32,000 bases of DNA from Propionibacterium freudenreichii subsp. freudenreichii (GCF_000940845.1 NZ_CP010341.1:1980001-2012000), one strand, 5' to 3'; shown: positions 16,418-26,147, counted from the first letter of the stretch. Made by a program: numbers and translations. Notes: generated from the sequence alone by a model not told the origin.

Positions 16418-17419
16418 ATGCGCGCCCGCGGCATGTCGGGCTTCGACATCGCCCTGCACCACATCCAGTCCGAGATCCTGTCCGGCCACTATGTGGCGGG
16501 CATGCAGCTGCCCACCGAGCGCGAACTGGCCGCCAGCCTGGCCGTGGGACGTGGCGCGGTGCGCGAGGCACTGCGCGTGCTGCAGGCACAGGGCATCGTG
16601 GTCTCGGGAACCGGCCCGGGCAATGGCACCCGCATCCGCACCACGCCGGGCGACGCGCTGGGGCAGATGTTGCGCCTGCACCTGGCGCTGGAGAGCACCT
16701 CGGTGCCCGACCTGACCCAGACCCGCCTGGTGGTGGAACGCGCCGCCACCGAGATGGCCGCCCACCATGCCTCCGTGGGCGCGCTCAAGCGCGCGCGGGC
16801 GATCGTGGAACGCATGGAGCAGTGCCCCACCATCGACGAGTTCAATGACCTCGACACCGCCTTCCACATTGCCATCGTGGACGCGAGCGGCAACCACATG
16901 CTCACCATGATGTCGACCGCGATCCGCCAGACACTGGCCATCCCGATCCGCAGCGCGGAGGCGTCCCTGACGAACTGGGACGACTTCCGCGACGGCCTGG
17001 TGGCCCAGCACCGCGCGATCCTCGAGGCCGTGACCGACGGCGACGCCGAGCGCGCCGCCGAGCTCGCCGAGGGCCACATCCGCCATGCCTACGCCCAGTT
17101 GCTGCCCGACAAGCCGATCGCCGAGGCCACCGACGCGGTGGAATCCGCCGAGGCAGCGGTGGTGGCGCTACGACCCGGGGCCGCCATCCAGGACTCCGCC
17201 CACCACGGGCATTCCCATGGCCACTCCCCCGCGGCGCACACCGTGGTTGGCACGGATCCGGCCGATCCGGGTGCCGACGACGGCGCCGCACCGCGTCCGG
17301 CCGTGAAGGCACCGGCCAAGAAGGCCCGCGCAAAGGCGGTGGCCGCACGTCGCAGGCCCTCGCGCAGCCGGGGCGCCACCGATGTATCGGCGCAGCTGAC
17401 CACGCCGAGCGCCGGCTGA
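16418..17419 (+). CDS. lldR: GntR-family (FadR subfamily, FCD domain) regulator, LldR/PdhR-like, with a C-terminal low-complexity extension of about 100 aa
   Basis: Within ORF 16190..17419. Winged-HTH segment: LPTERELAASLAVGRGAVREALRVLQAQGIV. The FCD-like helical domain runs to ...AEGHIRHAYAQLLPDKP. The start is ATG 16418 or 16433. The gene is divergent from lldP. Confidence 0.85.
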   Translation: MRARGMSGFDIALHHIQSEILSGHYVAGMQLPTERELAASLAVGRGAVREALRVLQAQGIVVSGTGPGNGTRIRTTPGDALGQMLRLHLALESTSVPDLTQTRLVVERAATEMAAHHASVGALKRARAIVERMEQCPTIDEFNDLDTAFHIAIVDASGNHMLTMMSTAIRQTLAIPIRSAEASLTNWDDFRDGLVAQHRAILEAVTDGDAERAAELAEGHIRHAYAQLLPDKPIAEATDAVESAEAAVVALRPGAAIQDSAHHGHSHGHSPAAHTVVGTDPADPGADDGAAPRPAVKAPAKKARAKAVAARRRPSRSRGATDVSAQLTTPSAG

Positions 17420-17545
17420 CGCCAGCCCCCGGGGAGCCGCCGGGGCCGTCCGTGGACCATGGCCCGGGCCGTACCGGGGCCATCCGTGGGCCGAGACGGT
17501 GTGCATGCCTCGAAGTGCAGGCACCGGCACGGTTAGACTGATCCC

Positions 17546-18949
17546 GTGTCATTTCACCTGTACGACGAATCCAGTGGCCAGGTCGTGCCCTTCGTTCCCC
17601 TGATCCCGGGGAAGGTCTCGATCTATCACTGTGGATTGACCGTGCAGAGCTCCCCGCATCTGGGGCACATGCGCAAGGAGGTCGTCTTCGACGTCCTGCG
17701 GCGCTGGTTCGACGCCAGCGGCTACCGGGTGCGCGTGGTGGCCAACATCACCGACATCAACGAGAAGATCTGGCAGAAGGCGGCCGAGGCCGGACTGGAA
17801 TGGTTCGAGCTCGCCTACGCCGTGGAGCTCGAACTGCACCGCGCCTACGCGTCGCTGGGCTGCATCCCACCCAGCTACGAGCCCCGCGCCACCGGGCACA
17901 TCACCGAGATGATCGAGCTGATCAACCGGCTGATCGAACGCGGACATGCCTATGCGGCCGACGATGGCTCGGGTGACGTCTACTTCGACGTGCGCAGCTG
18001 GCCCGAGTACGGCGAGCTGTCGCACCAGAAGATCGACGACATGGTGGCTGCCACCGACGCCGACCCGCGCGGCAAGCACGATCCGCGCGACTTCGCCCTG
18101 TGGAAGGGCTCCAAGCCCGACGAACCCGCCACCGCATCGTGGCCCAGCCCCTGGGGCAGGGGACGTCCCGGCTGGCACCTTGAGTGCTCGGCCATGAGCC
18201 TGAAGTACCTCGGCGAGGCCTTCGACATCCATGGTGGCGGCATCGACCTGCGCTTCCCCCACCACGAGAACGAACAGGCCCAGAGCCGCGCGGCCGGCTA
18301 CGACTTCGCGCACTACTGGATGCACAACGCCTTCGTGACGATGGCCGGCGAGAAGATGAGCAAGTCATTGGGCAACGGGGCGACCGTTGCCGAGGTGACC
18401 AAGCACTATCCGGCCCGCGCGGTGCGCCTCTACCTGGCCCAACCCCACTACCGCTCGACCATCGAGTACTCCGACACCTCCCTGACCGAGGCGACCGCCC
18501 AGCTCGACCGCATCGATTCCTTCCTCAACCGGGCCCATGTGTCCGGCCAGGCGGCATTCGACACCGCCGACCTGCCCGATGCCTTCGTCGAGGCCATGGA
18601 CAATGACCTCGGCACGCCCGCCGCCTTCGCGGTGCTCTACGACACCATCAAGGAAGGCAATCGCGCCTTCGACGCCAACGACCAGGGCGCGGCGACCAAC
18701 TGCGTGGCGCAGGTGCGCGCCATGCTGCACGTGCTCGGGCTCGACCCCCATGAACCCCAGTGGGCCGATCAGGCCGGGGGCACCGACCTGGCCGTGACCG
18801 ATGGATTGGTGAAACTGGTGCTCGATGAGCGACAGGCGGCCCGCGAACGCAAGGACTTCGCCGCCGCCGACCATATTCGTGACTCGCTGACCGAGCTGGG
18901 CATCCGACTCGAGGACGGCGCGAATGGCACGCGTTGGACGATCGCCTGA
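17546..18949 (+). CDS. cysS: Cysteine--tRNA ligase
   Basis: GTG 17546. HIGH-type motif SPHLGHMR and KMSKSLGN are present. [19 protein letters not shown] and the C-terminal ...[20 protein letters not shown] are collinear with E. coli CysS. Confidence 0.95.
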   Translation: MSFHLYDESSGQVVPFVPLIPGKVSIYHCGLTVQSSPHLGHMRKEVVFDVLRRWFDASGYRVRVVANITDINEKIWQKAAEAGLEWFELAYAVELELHRAYASLGCIPPSYEPRATGHITEMIELINRLIERGHAYAADDGSGDVYFDVRSWPEYGELSHQKIDDMVAATDADPRGKHDPRDFALWKGSKPDEPATASWPSPWGRGRPGWHLECSAMSLKYLGEAFDIHGGGIDLRFPHHENEQAQSRAAGYDFAHYWMHNAFVTMAGEKMSKSLGNGATVAEVTKHYPARAVRLYLAQPHYRSTIEYSDTSLTEATAQLDRIDSFLNRAHVSGQAAFDTADLPDAFVEAMDNDLGTPAAFAVLYDTIKEGNRAFDANDQGAATNCVAQVRAMLHVLGLDPHEPQWADQAGGTDLAVTDGLVKLVLDERQAARERKDFAAADHIRDSLTELGIRLEDGANGTRWTIA

Positions 18950-19872
18950 TGGCCGGGCCGAAGAAGGGCACCGGCGGCAAGGGACGACGCAGGCTGACCG
19001 GTCGCGGACCCACGCCGAAGGCGGAGGACCGCACCTACCACAAGGCCTACCGCGCCAAGCAGGACCAGGGCCCGCGCAAGGGCACGCGTCCCTCACACGG
19101 GGCGAAGCCCTCGAGCACGGGGCGGGGTGCCGCACCCGACTGGGTGGTCGGCCGCAACCCGGTGCTGGAGGCACTGCAGGCGAACCTGCCGGTGCGACGC
19201 GCCTATGTCGCGGAGGGTTCCGAGCACGATGACCGGCTGCGCGAGATCTTCAAGTACGCCGCTGAGCACTCGCTGTCGCTGTTGCAGGTGCCGCGCCAGG
19301 AACTGGACAAGCTGACCGACGGCGCCGTGCACCAGGGCGTGGCACTGCAGCTTCCGCCCTATGAATATGCCGACATCGACGAGGTGGCCACCAAGGCCCT
19401 GGGTCGCGATGACAACCACGGGCTGTTGGTGGCCTGCGACGGCATCACCGACCCGCACAACCTGGGCGCGATCATCCGTTCGGCCGCGGCCTTCGGGGCC
19501 GACGGCGTGATCATCCCCGAGCGGCGCAGTGCGTCGCTGACGGCCAGCGCCTGGAAGGCGTCGGCCGGCGCGGCCGCTCGGCTGCGCGTGGCCAAGGTGA
19601 CCAACCTCAACCGGGGGCTGGAACGGCTGGCGAAGGCCGGCTTCGTGGTCGCCGGCCTGGCCGGCGAGGCGGACACCGATATCGCCGGGATCCCGGGGGT
19701 CAATGGTCCCCTGGTGCTCGTGGTGGGCTCCGAGGGTGCCGGCCTGAGTCGCATGGTGCGGGAGCACTGCGATGTGCTCGTGTCGATTCCGATCACCAGC
19801 GAGGTGGAGAGCCTCAATGCCTCGGTGGCCACCGCCATCGCGCTGTACGAGGTGAGTCGGGCGCGCGGCTGA
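18949..19872 (+). CDS. rlmB: TrmH/SpoU-family 23S rRNA 2'-O-methyltransferase (RlmB-like) with a basic N-terminal extension
   Basis: The ATG at 18949 overlaps the cysS TGA (TGATG). VVGRNPVLEAL (substrate-binding domain) is followed by the SpoU core ...ITDPHNLGAIIRSAAAFG...LVVGSEGAGLS...IPITSEVESLNASVA. Confidence 0.9.
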   Translation: MAGPKKGTGGKGRRRLTGRGPTPKAEDRTYHKAYRAKQDQGPRKGTRPSHGAKPSSTGRGAAPDWVVGRNPVLEALQANLPVRRAYVAEGSEHDDRLREIFKYAAEHSLSLLQVPRQELDKLTDGAVHQGVALQLPPYEYADIDEVATKALGRDDNHGLLVACDGITDPHNLGAIIRSAAAFGADGVIIPERRSASLTASAWKASAGAAARLRVAKVTNLNRGLERLAKAGFVVAGLAGEADTDIAGIPGVNGPLVLVVGSEGAGLSRMVREHCDVLVSIPITSEVESLNASVATAIALYEVSRARG

Positions 19873-20084
19873 GGCCACGCGATTGCGTCGACGCGACGCC
19901 GGGCGATCCCCCGCTTATGCCGTGAGAAGACACCTCGCGGCGACCGTTCCACGATGACAGCAGAATTGCTGGTGGCGGTTGCATACTCGTCGTGGGATCC
20001 GCGGCATCCGCTCTGCCTGCCGGAAATCTTGCGGACATCGTCGTCCGTGGGCCCGGGTCCCGGTCATCGACGAAGGAGCCGACG

Positions 20085-21587
20085 ATGAGCTCAGGTGAGC
20101 CCGATTCCACTGCGGTGGCACATGGCCAGAATGATCCTGCACCCACTGATCCCGCACCCACTGATCCCGCACATGGGGGCCATGCACACGTGGACAAGGC
20201 CGACGACGGCTACCACAAGGGGCTGAAGACCCGTCACATCCACATGATCGCCCTGGGTGGATCCATCGGCACCGGACTGTTCCTGGGCGCCGGCACCCGG
20301 CTGGCCAAGGGCGGCCCCTCCCTGGCGCTGTCCTATGCGATCTGCGGGGTCTTCGCGTTCATCATGGTGCGCGCGCTCGGCGAGCTGTCGGTGCGCCGTC
20401 CCTCATCGGGGGCCTTCGTGTCATACGCCCGCGAATTCATCGGCGAGAAGGGCGCCTACGCCACCGGCTGGCTGTTCTTCCTCAACTGGTCCACGGCCGT
20501 GATGGCCGACATCACCGCCGTCGCGCTGTACCTCCACTTCTGGGACTTCTCCGACCCGGTGCCGCAGTGGTTGCTGGCGCTCATCGCGCTGGCCCTGGTG
20601 TTCACGCTGAACATGTTCAGCGTGAAGTACTTCGGCGAGGCCGAGTTCTGGTTCGCCGCCATCAAGGTGGCGGCCATCGTGATCTTCATGCTGGTGGCCA
20701 TCTGGGCCATCATCACCGGCCACGCGGTCGGGCCGGGACGGGCGGGCTTCGCGAACCTCACCGACAACGGCGGCTTCTTCCCGATGGGCCTCATGCCGAT
20801 GATCTCCCTGTCGCTGGGCGTGATCTTCGCCTTCGGCGGCACCGAGATGGTCGGCGTCGCCGCCGGCGAGACGGCCGGCGCCGAGAAGGTGCTGCCCAAG
20901 GCGATCCACTCGATGATCCTGCGCATCTTCGTGTTCTACGTCGGCTCGGTGATCCTCATGACGCTGGTGCTGCCGTGGAGTGCCTATTCACAACATGAAT
21001 CACCCTTCGTCACCTTCTTCGCGGCGATCGGCGTGCCGCACGCCGGCGACATCATGCAGGTGGTGGTGCTCACCGCGGCGCTGTCGTCGGTGAACGCCGG
21101 CCTGTATGCCACCGGCCGGGTGCTGCGGTCGATGGCGGTGGCCGGGGAGGCGCCCCGGTTCGCGGCCCGGATGAACAAGCACCATGTGCCCTATGGCGGC
21201 ATCATGATCATTGCCGGGCTCGGCCTGATCGGCGTGCTCATCAACTATGTGTTCCCCTCGAATGCCTTCGAGATGGTCATGAACATGGCCGGTATCGGCA
21301 TTGCCGGCACCTGGATCTCGATCCTCGTGTCGCACTGGATCTTCGTCCACAAGGCACGCAAGGGCGAGATGACCCGCCCGGAGTTCCGCCTGCGCGGCGC
21401 ACCGGTGCTCAACGCGGTGACGATCATCTTCCTGGTCGGGGTGATCGTGGCCATGTGGTTCGATCCCACCGGAGGGCGTCCGACGCTGATGATCTTCGGG
21501 CTGGTGCTGATCGCCATGGTGGTCGGCTGGTTCATGGTGCGCAAGCGCATCAAGGGCGAACTGCTCGACTCGATCCTCGACACCTGA
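20085..21587 (+). CDS. ansP: APC-family amino-acid permease, L-asparagine permease (AnsP)-like, copy 1
   Basis: ATG 20085 with GAAGGAG 8 nt upstream. It is collinear with E. coli AnsP (GYHKGLKTRHIHMIALGGSIGTGLFLGAG...RPSSGAFVSYAREF...ESPFVTFF...). Confidence 0.9.
   Translation: MSSGEPDSTAVAHGQNDPAPTDPAPTDPAHGGHAHVDKADDGYHKGLKTRHIHMIALGGSIGTGLFLGAGTRLAKGGPSLALSYAICGVFAFIMVRALGELSVRRPSSGAFVSYAREFIGEKGAYATGWLFFLNWSTAVMADITAVALYLHFWDFSDPVPQWLLALIALALVFTLNMFSVKYFGEAEFWFAAIKVAAIVIFMLVAIWAIITGHAVGPGRAGFANLTDNGGFFPMGLMPMISLSLGVIFAFGGTEMVGVAAGETAGAEKVLPKAIHSMILRIFVFYVGSVILMTLVLPWSAYSQHESPFVTFFAAIGVPHAGDIMQVVVLTAALSSVNAGLYATGRVLRSMAVAGEAPRFAARMNKHHVPYGGIMIIAGLGLIGVLINYVFPSNAFEMVMNMAGIGIAGTWISILVSHWIFVHKARKGEMTRPEFRLRGAPVLNAVTIIFLVGVIVAMWFDPTGGRPTLMIFGLVLIAMVVGWFMVRKRIKGELLDSILDT
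20133..20173. repeat. 15-bp tandem repeat, about 2.7 copies, in the ansP-1 N-terminus
   Basis: gatcctgcacccact / gatcccgcacccact / gatcccgcaca, encoding DPAPT-DPAPT-DPAH. Confidence 0.9.
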
Positions 21588-21905
21588 GACCCGATAGCAC
21601 CCCAATCGCGGCATCGACCATCGGCGTCGCACACGGGGGCGGCCACGCCATCCCGAAGATCTTGCGGGCCACCGCGGGCCGGGGACCCCTGCCTGCGGCG
21701 AGCATGGGCCCACACACCAACATTTCGTGTCGCGAGGGCGATCACCATGATTTCTCCTGCGCCAACCCGATGATGCGCGTGAATGTGGGCCGGAGCATAC
21801 TCATGTATGAGATTTTCGCGGAAGCAGCTTTCGACCCCGTCCCGGTGACCGTCACACGGTCCCGAGCCCGGCCGAACCACAGAATCGGTGACAAGGAGTT
21901 CGACG

Positions 21906-23396
21906 ATGAGTTCATCCGAGCCCGTCAAGGCACGACCCGCAGCCCCCATGGTCGACAAGGCCGATGCCGGCTACCAGAAGGGCCTGAAGACCCGGCACAT
22001 CCGGATGATTGCCATCGGCGGGTCAATCGGCACGGGTCTGTTCCTGGGCGCCGGCGGACGACTGGCCAAGGGCGGCCCGGCCCTGGCCATCTCGTATGCC
22101 ATCTGTGGCATCTTCGCCTTCATCATGGTGCGGGCACTCGGTGAGCTGTCGGTGCACCGACCCTCATCGGGGGCCTTCGTGTCGTATGCCCGTGAGTTCA
22201 TGGGCGAGAAGGGTGCCTACACCACCGGTTGGCTGTTCTTCCTGGACTGGTCGACCACCGTGATGGCCGACATCACCGCCGTGGCGCTCTACCTGCACTA
22301 CTGGCGCTTCTTCGAGCCCATCCCCCAGTGGCTACTGGCGATGATCGCGCTGGCCGTGGTGTTCGCGCTGAACATGTTCAGCGTGAAGTACTTCGGCGAG
22401 GCCGAATTCTGGTTCGCCGCCATCAAGGTGGCCGCCATCGTCGCCTTCATGGCGGTGGCCATCTGGGCCATCATCACCGGCCACGCCGTGGCCAATGAGC
22501 ACGCCGGATTCGCCAACCTGACCAACCACGGCGGCTTCTTCCCTATGGGCGTGGCGCCGATGCTCACCCTGTCGCTGGGCGTGATCTTCGCCTTCGGCGG
22601 CACCGAGATGGTCGGCGTCGCCGCCGGCGAGGCCAAGGATGCGGTGAAGATCCTGCCCAAGGCCGTCAACTCGATGATCGTGCGCATCTTCGTGTTCTAC
22701 GTCGGCTCGGTCGTGCTGATGACGCTGGTGCTGCCCTGGAGTTCCTACTCGGCCAACGAGTCGCCCTTCGTCACCTTCTTCTCGGGCATCGGCGTGCCGC
22801 ATGCCGGCGACATCATGCAGATCGTCGTGCTCACCGCCGCCCTGTCGTCGCTGAACGCCGGCCTGTACGCCACCGGACGCACGCTGCGCTCGATGGCGGT
22901 GGCCGGCGAGGCACCGAAGTTCGCGTCGAGGCTCAACAAGAGCCATGTGCCCTATGGCGGCATCATCATCACCGCCGGGCTCGGCCTGATCGGCGTGCTC
23001 ATCAACTACGTCTACCCGACCAACGCCTTCGAGATCGTGATGAACCTGGCCGGCATCGGCATCGCCGGCACCTGGATCTCGATCCTCGTGTCGCACCTGA
23101 TCTTCACCCGTCGGGCGGCCAAGGGCCTCATCGAGCGCCCCAGCTACCAGCTGCGCGGCGCTCCCTACACCAACATCGTGGCCATCCTGTTCTTCGTCGC
23201 CGTCATCGGATCCATGTGGTTCGATCCCGACGTGGGCCGCAAGACGATCCTGATGTTCGGTGGCGTGGTCGTGCTGATGGTGGCCGGCTGGTTCGCGGTG
23301 CGCAAGCGCATCCACGCCGAGTTGATGGATACGATCCTTGATGACGACGGCGTTGCCGCCCCCGGCACGGACGGCAACGCTGCTGGCACCAGCTGA
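21906..23396 (+). CDS. ansP: APC-family amino-acid permease, AnsP-like, copy 2 (tandem paralog)
   Basis: ATG 21906 with AAGGAG upstream. It shares long identical runs with copy 1, for example NMFSVKYFGEAEFWFAAIKVAAIV, GVIFAFGGTEMVGVAAGE and AGIGIAGTWISILVSH. Confidence 0.9.
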   Translation: MSSSEPVKARPAAPMVDKADAGYQKGLKTRHIRMIAIGGSIGTGLFLGAGGRLAKGGPALAISYAICGIFAFIMVRALGELSVHRPSSGAFVSYAREFMGEKGAYTTGWLFFLDWSTTVMADITAVALYLHYWRFFEPIPQWLLAMIALAVVFALNMFSVKYFGEAEFWFAAIKVAAIVAFMAVAIWAIITGHAVANEHAGFANLTNHGGFFPMGVAPMLTLSLGVIFAFGGTEMVGVAAGEAKDAVKILPKAVNSMIVRIFVFYVGSVVLMTLVLPWSSYSANESPFVTFFSGIGVPHAGDIMQIVVLTAALSSLNAGLYATGRTLRSMAVAGEAPKFASRLNKSHVPYGGIIITAGLGLIGVLINYVYPTNAFEIVMNLAGIGIAGTWISILVSHLIFTRRAAKGLIERPSYQLRGAPYTNIVAILFFVAVIGSMWFDPDVGRKTILMFGGVVVLMVAGWFAVRKRIHAELMDTILDDDGVAAPGTDGNAAGTS

Positions 23397-23406
23397 GAGG
23401 CACACC

Positions 23407-24408
23407 ATGAGAGTGCACATCCTGTACACCGGCGGGACGCTGGGGATGGTCAGCACCGAGCACGGCCTGGCGCCGGGCGCCGACCTCGAGAGCTGGCTGG
23501 ACCGGCTGCTCACCGACACCGACCTGGCCGACACCATCACCATGACGAGCTTCGACCACCTCATCGACTCGTCCAATGCCACACCGGATGACTGGGCGCT
23601 GATGGTCTCGCAGCTGTGGGCCGCCCGTGACCGGGCCGACGCCTTCATCGTGCTGCACGGCACCGACACCATGGCCTATGCCGCCTCGGCGCTCAGCTTC
23701 GCGCTCACCGGCTTCGGCAAGCCGGTGGTGCTCACCGGCGCCCAGTACCCGCTCGGCGTCGTCGGCTCGGACGCGGCACCCAATGTGACCGGCGCGCTGC
23801 GGGCCGCGGTGTCGGGGCGCTTCGAGGGAGTGGCGCTGTTCTTCGGCCACAAGCTGCTCAGCGGCAACCGCGCCACCAAGACATCGTCGTGGGCCTTCCA
23901 GGGCTTCGACTCCCCCAGCGTGCCCGAGCTGGCGCGCACCGGGGCACCCTGGCAATGGATCCCGCAGCTGCCGGCCGGCAGCGGATGGGACGATCCGCAG
24001 CCCTATGCCCGCCACGATGTGCCGGTGGTCGACCTGGCCCCCGGCATCACTGCCGCGCGCCTGGCAGCTGCCCTCGACCCCGCACCCGAGGCGGTGATCC
24101 TGCGTGCCTTCGGCGTCGGCAACATGCCCAGCGAGGAGCCGGGCCTGGCCCAGGTGCTGGATGCAACCGTGGCCTCCGGGGTGCCGCTGGTGGTCACCTC
24201 GCAGTGCTACCAGGCCGACGTGCTGTTGGGGCACTACGACGCCGGCTACGCGCTGTTGCAGGCCGGCGCGGTGGGATCGGGCGATATGACGCTGGAGGCC
24301 ACCTACGCCAAGCTGATCTTCCTGCTCAGCCAACAGCTGGCCCCCGCCGAGGTCTCCCGCTTCATGTCGACCAATATCGCCGGGGAACTGACCGAACCAC
24401 AGGCCTGA
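23407..24408 (+). CDS. ansA: L-asparaginase (type I, cytoplasmic)
   Basis: ATG 23407, 10 nt after the ansP-2 stop. MRVHILYTGGTLGM (catalytic Thr motif) and VLHGTDTMAYAASAL are present. Confidence 0.9.
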   Translation: MRVHILYTGGTLGMVSTEHGLAPGADLESWLDRLLTDTDLADTITMTSFDHLIDSSNATPDDWALMVSQLWAARDRADAFIVLHGTDTMAYAASALSFALTGFGKPVVLTGAQYPLGVVGSDAAPNVTGALRAAVSGRFEGVALFFGHKLLSGNRATKTSSWAFQGFDSPSVPELARTGAPWQWIPQLPAGSGWDDPQPYARHDVPVVDLAPGITAARLAAALDPAPEAVILRAFGVGNMPSEEPGLAQVLDATVASGVPLVVTSQCYQADVLLGHYDAGYALLQAGAVGSGDMTLEATYAKLIFLLSQQLAPAEVSRFMSTNIAGELTEPQA

Positions 24409-24627
24409 GCCGGTTCGTGGCCGGCCCGGCGCCACCGGAGCCCGGGGGTCGCCCCCGGCGGCAGGAACATGGTGATCGGCGCGGACGGCCCGGCACCGGC
24501 CGCCGCGCGACTCACGGTAGATTTGGCCCCATCCGGGCAATTTCGCGCGAAAGGGCCCGGAACGCTTCGACCACCGTCACTCGCAGCCAGCCACTGGCGC
24601 AACGCCCACCGGCACTAGGAGTCATTC

Positions 24628-26076
24628 GTGTCCGATATTGATCTCAACGAGCAAGCCACCATCGCCTACCGCGCGATGCTGAATGTCATCGGTGCGACCG
24701 AACCCACCGTGGCCCAGGCGATTCGCCAGGAGCTCGCCGACCAGCGCACTTCGCTGAAGCTCATCGCCTCGGAGAACTATGCGTCGCTCGCCACGCTGCT
24801 GTCGATGGGCAACTGGTTCTCGGACAAGTACGCCGAGGGCACCATCGGCCACCGCTTCTATGCCGGCTGCCAGAACGTCGACACCGTGGAGGCCGAGGCC
24901 GCCAGGAACGCCGAGGAACTGTTCGGCGCCGATCACGCCTATGTGCAGCCGCACTCGGGCATCGACGCGAACCTGGTGGCCTACTGGACGATCCTGACCC
25001 ATCGGGTCGAGACCCCCGATCTGGAGGCCAAGGGCGTCCGCTCGGTCAACGACCTGTCGGAGGACGACTGGGAGACCCTGCGCCACCAGTTCGGTGACCA
25101 GCGCATGATGGGCATGAGCCTGGACGCCGGCGGACACCTCACCCATGGCTTCCGCCCCAACATCTCCGGACGCATGTTCCACCAGCACAGCTACGGCACC
25201 GATCCGACCACGGGACTCATCGACTATGACGTGATGCGTGCCCAGGTGCGCGAGTTCAAGCCACTGATCCTGGTGGGCGGCTACTCCGCCTACCCGCGCC
25301 GGGTGAACTTCGCGAAGATGCGCGAGATCGCCAACGAGGTTGGCGCCACCCTCATGGTGGACATGGCGCATTTCGCCGGGCTGGTGGCCGGCAAGCTGTT
25401 CACCGGCGACGAGGACCCGGTGGCACATGCCCAGGTGGTGACCACCACCACCCACAAGTCGCTGCGCGGGCCGCGCGGTGGCATGGTGCTCGTGGAGCAT
25501 GAGTTCGCCGACGATGTCGACCGTGGCTGCCCGATGGTGCTGGGTGGCCCGCTCGCCAACATGATGGCCGCCAAGGCGGTGGCCCTGGCCGAGGCCAAGC
25601 AGCCCTCGTTCCGCGAGTACGCACGCAATGTGGCGGGAAATGCCAAGACCCTGGCAGAGGGCCTCATGAAGCGTGGTGCCACGCTAGTGACCGGTGGCAC
25701 CGACAACCACATCGTGTTGCTGGACGTTGGCTCGAGCTTCGGACTCACCGGGCGCCAGGCCGAGTCGGCGCTCATCGAGGCGGGCATCGTGACCAACCGC
25801 AACTCGATCCCGGCCGACCCCAATGGTTCCTGGTACACCTCGGGCATCCGACTGGGCACCCCGGCGCTGACCAGCCGTGGCTTCGGCACCGACGAGTTCG
25901 ACCGCGTCGCCTCGCTGATCTGCGAGGTGCTGTCGGGCACGAGCGTCGCCACCACCACGAAGGGCACCCCGTCGAAGGCCAAGTACACGATCACCGACGG
26001 TCTGGCCGCCCGCGTGCATGCCGAGACCGAAGAACTGCTGGACGCCAACCCGCTCTACCCGGGACTCGACCTGTGA
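24628..26076 (+). CDS. glyA: Serine hydroxymethyltransferase (long form, 482 aa)
   Basis: GTG 24628 with AGGAG upstream. Motifs: LIASENY, GGHLTHG and [16 protein letters not shown] (PLP Lys). Confidence 0.95.
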   Translation: MSDIDLNEQATIAYRAMLNVIGATEPTVAQAIRQELADQRTSLKLIASENYASLATLLSMGNWFSDKYAEGTIGHRFYAGCQNVDTVEAEAARNAEELFGADHAYVQPHSGIDANLVAYWTILTHRVETPDLEAKGVRSVNDLSEDDWETLRHQFGDQRMMGMSLDAGGHLTHGFRPNISGRMFHQHSYGTDPTTGLIDYDVMRAQVREFKPLILVGGYSAYPRRVNFAKMREIANEVGATLMVDMAHFAGLVAGKLFTGDEDPVAHAQVVTTTTHKSLRGPRGGMVLVEHEFADDVDRGCPMVLGGPLANMMAAKAVALAEAKQPSFREYARNVAGNAKTLAEGLMKRGATLVTGGTDNHIVLLDVGSSFGLTGRQAESALIEAGIVTNRNSIPADPNGSWYTSGIRLGTPALTSRGFGTDEFDRVASLICEVLSGTSVATTTKGTPSKAKYTITDGLAARVHAETEELLDANPLYPGLDL

Positions 26077-26098
26077 GGCGCTGACCCGCGAGCCATGG

Positions 26099-26147
26099 CC
26101 ATGAGGGCCCGTACACCTGCCACGGCAGGATGTGCGGGCCCTCATGG
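26099..26147. terminator. Long imperfect hairpin between convergent glyA and ispF
   Basis: ccatgagggcccgtaca...tgtgcgggccctcatgg: a 17-bp stem containing a single G-U wobble pair, with an inner cctgc/gcagg stem. There is no U-tract. Confidence 0.55.

Noticed and set aside
17455-17483. Direct-orientation similarity between the left junction (CCATGGCCcGGGCCGTAC) and the glyA terminator region (CCATGGCCatgaGGGCCCGTAC, 26094-26115), considered as evidence of a repeated REP-like element
   Set aside because: The matches are short and GC-rich, and each forms its own different hairpin. That is not enough to define a repeat family without a genome-wide search.
16902-17552. 216-aa minus-strand ORF overlapping the lldR 3' end
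   Set aside because: It is extremely Arg/Pro/Gly-rich, lies antisense to the regulator tail, and has no motif or RBS.
24593-24603. ACUGGCGcAAC upstream of glyA resembles the conserved J1/2 segment of the ZTP (pfl) riboswitch, which often precedes glyA, folD and purH
   Set aside because: The rest of the motif is missing. There is no P2 hairpin followed by GGGAG, and no downstream CCGCCUGGGC pseudoknot partner. The start codon follows within 25 nt, so there is no room for the second subdomain.
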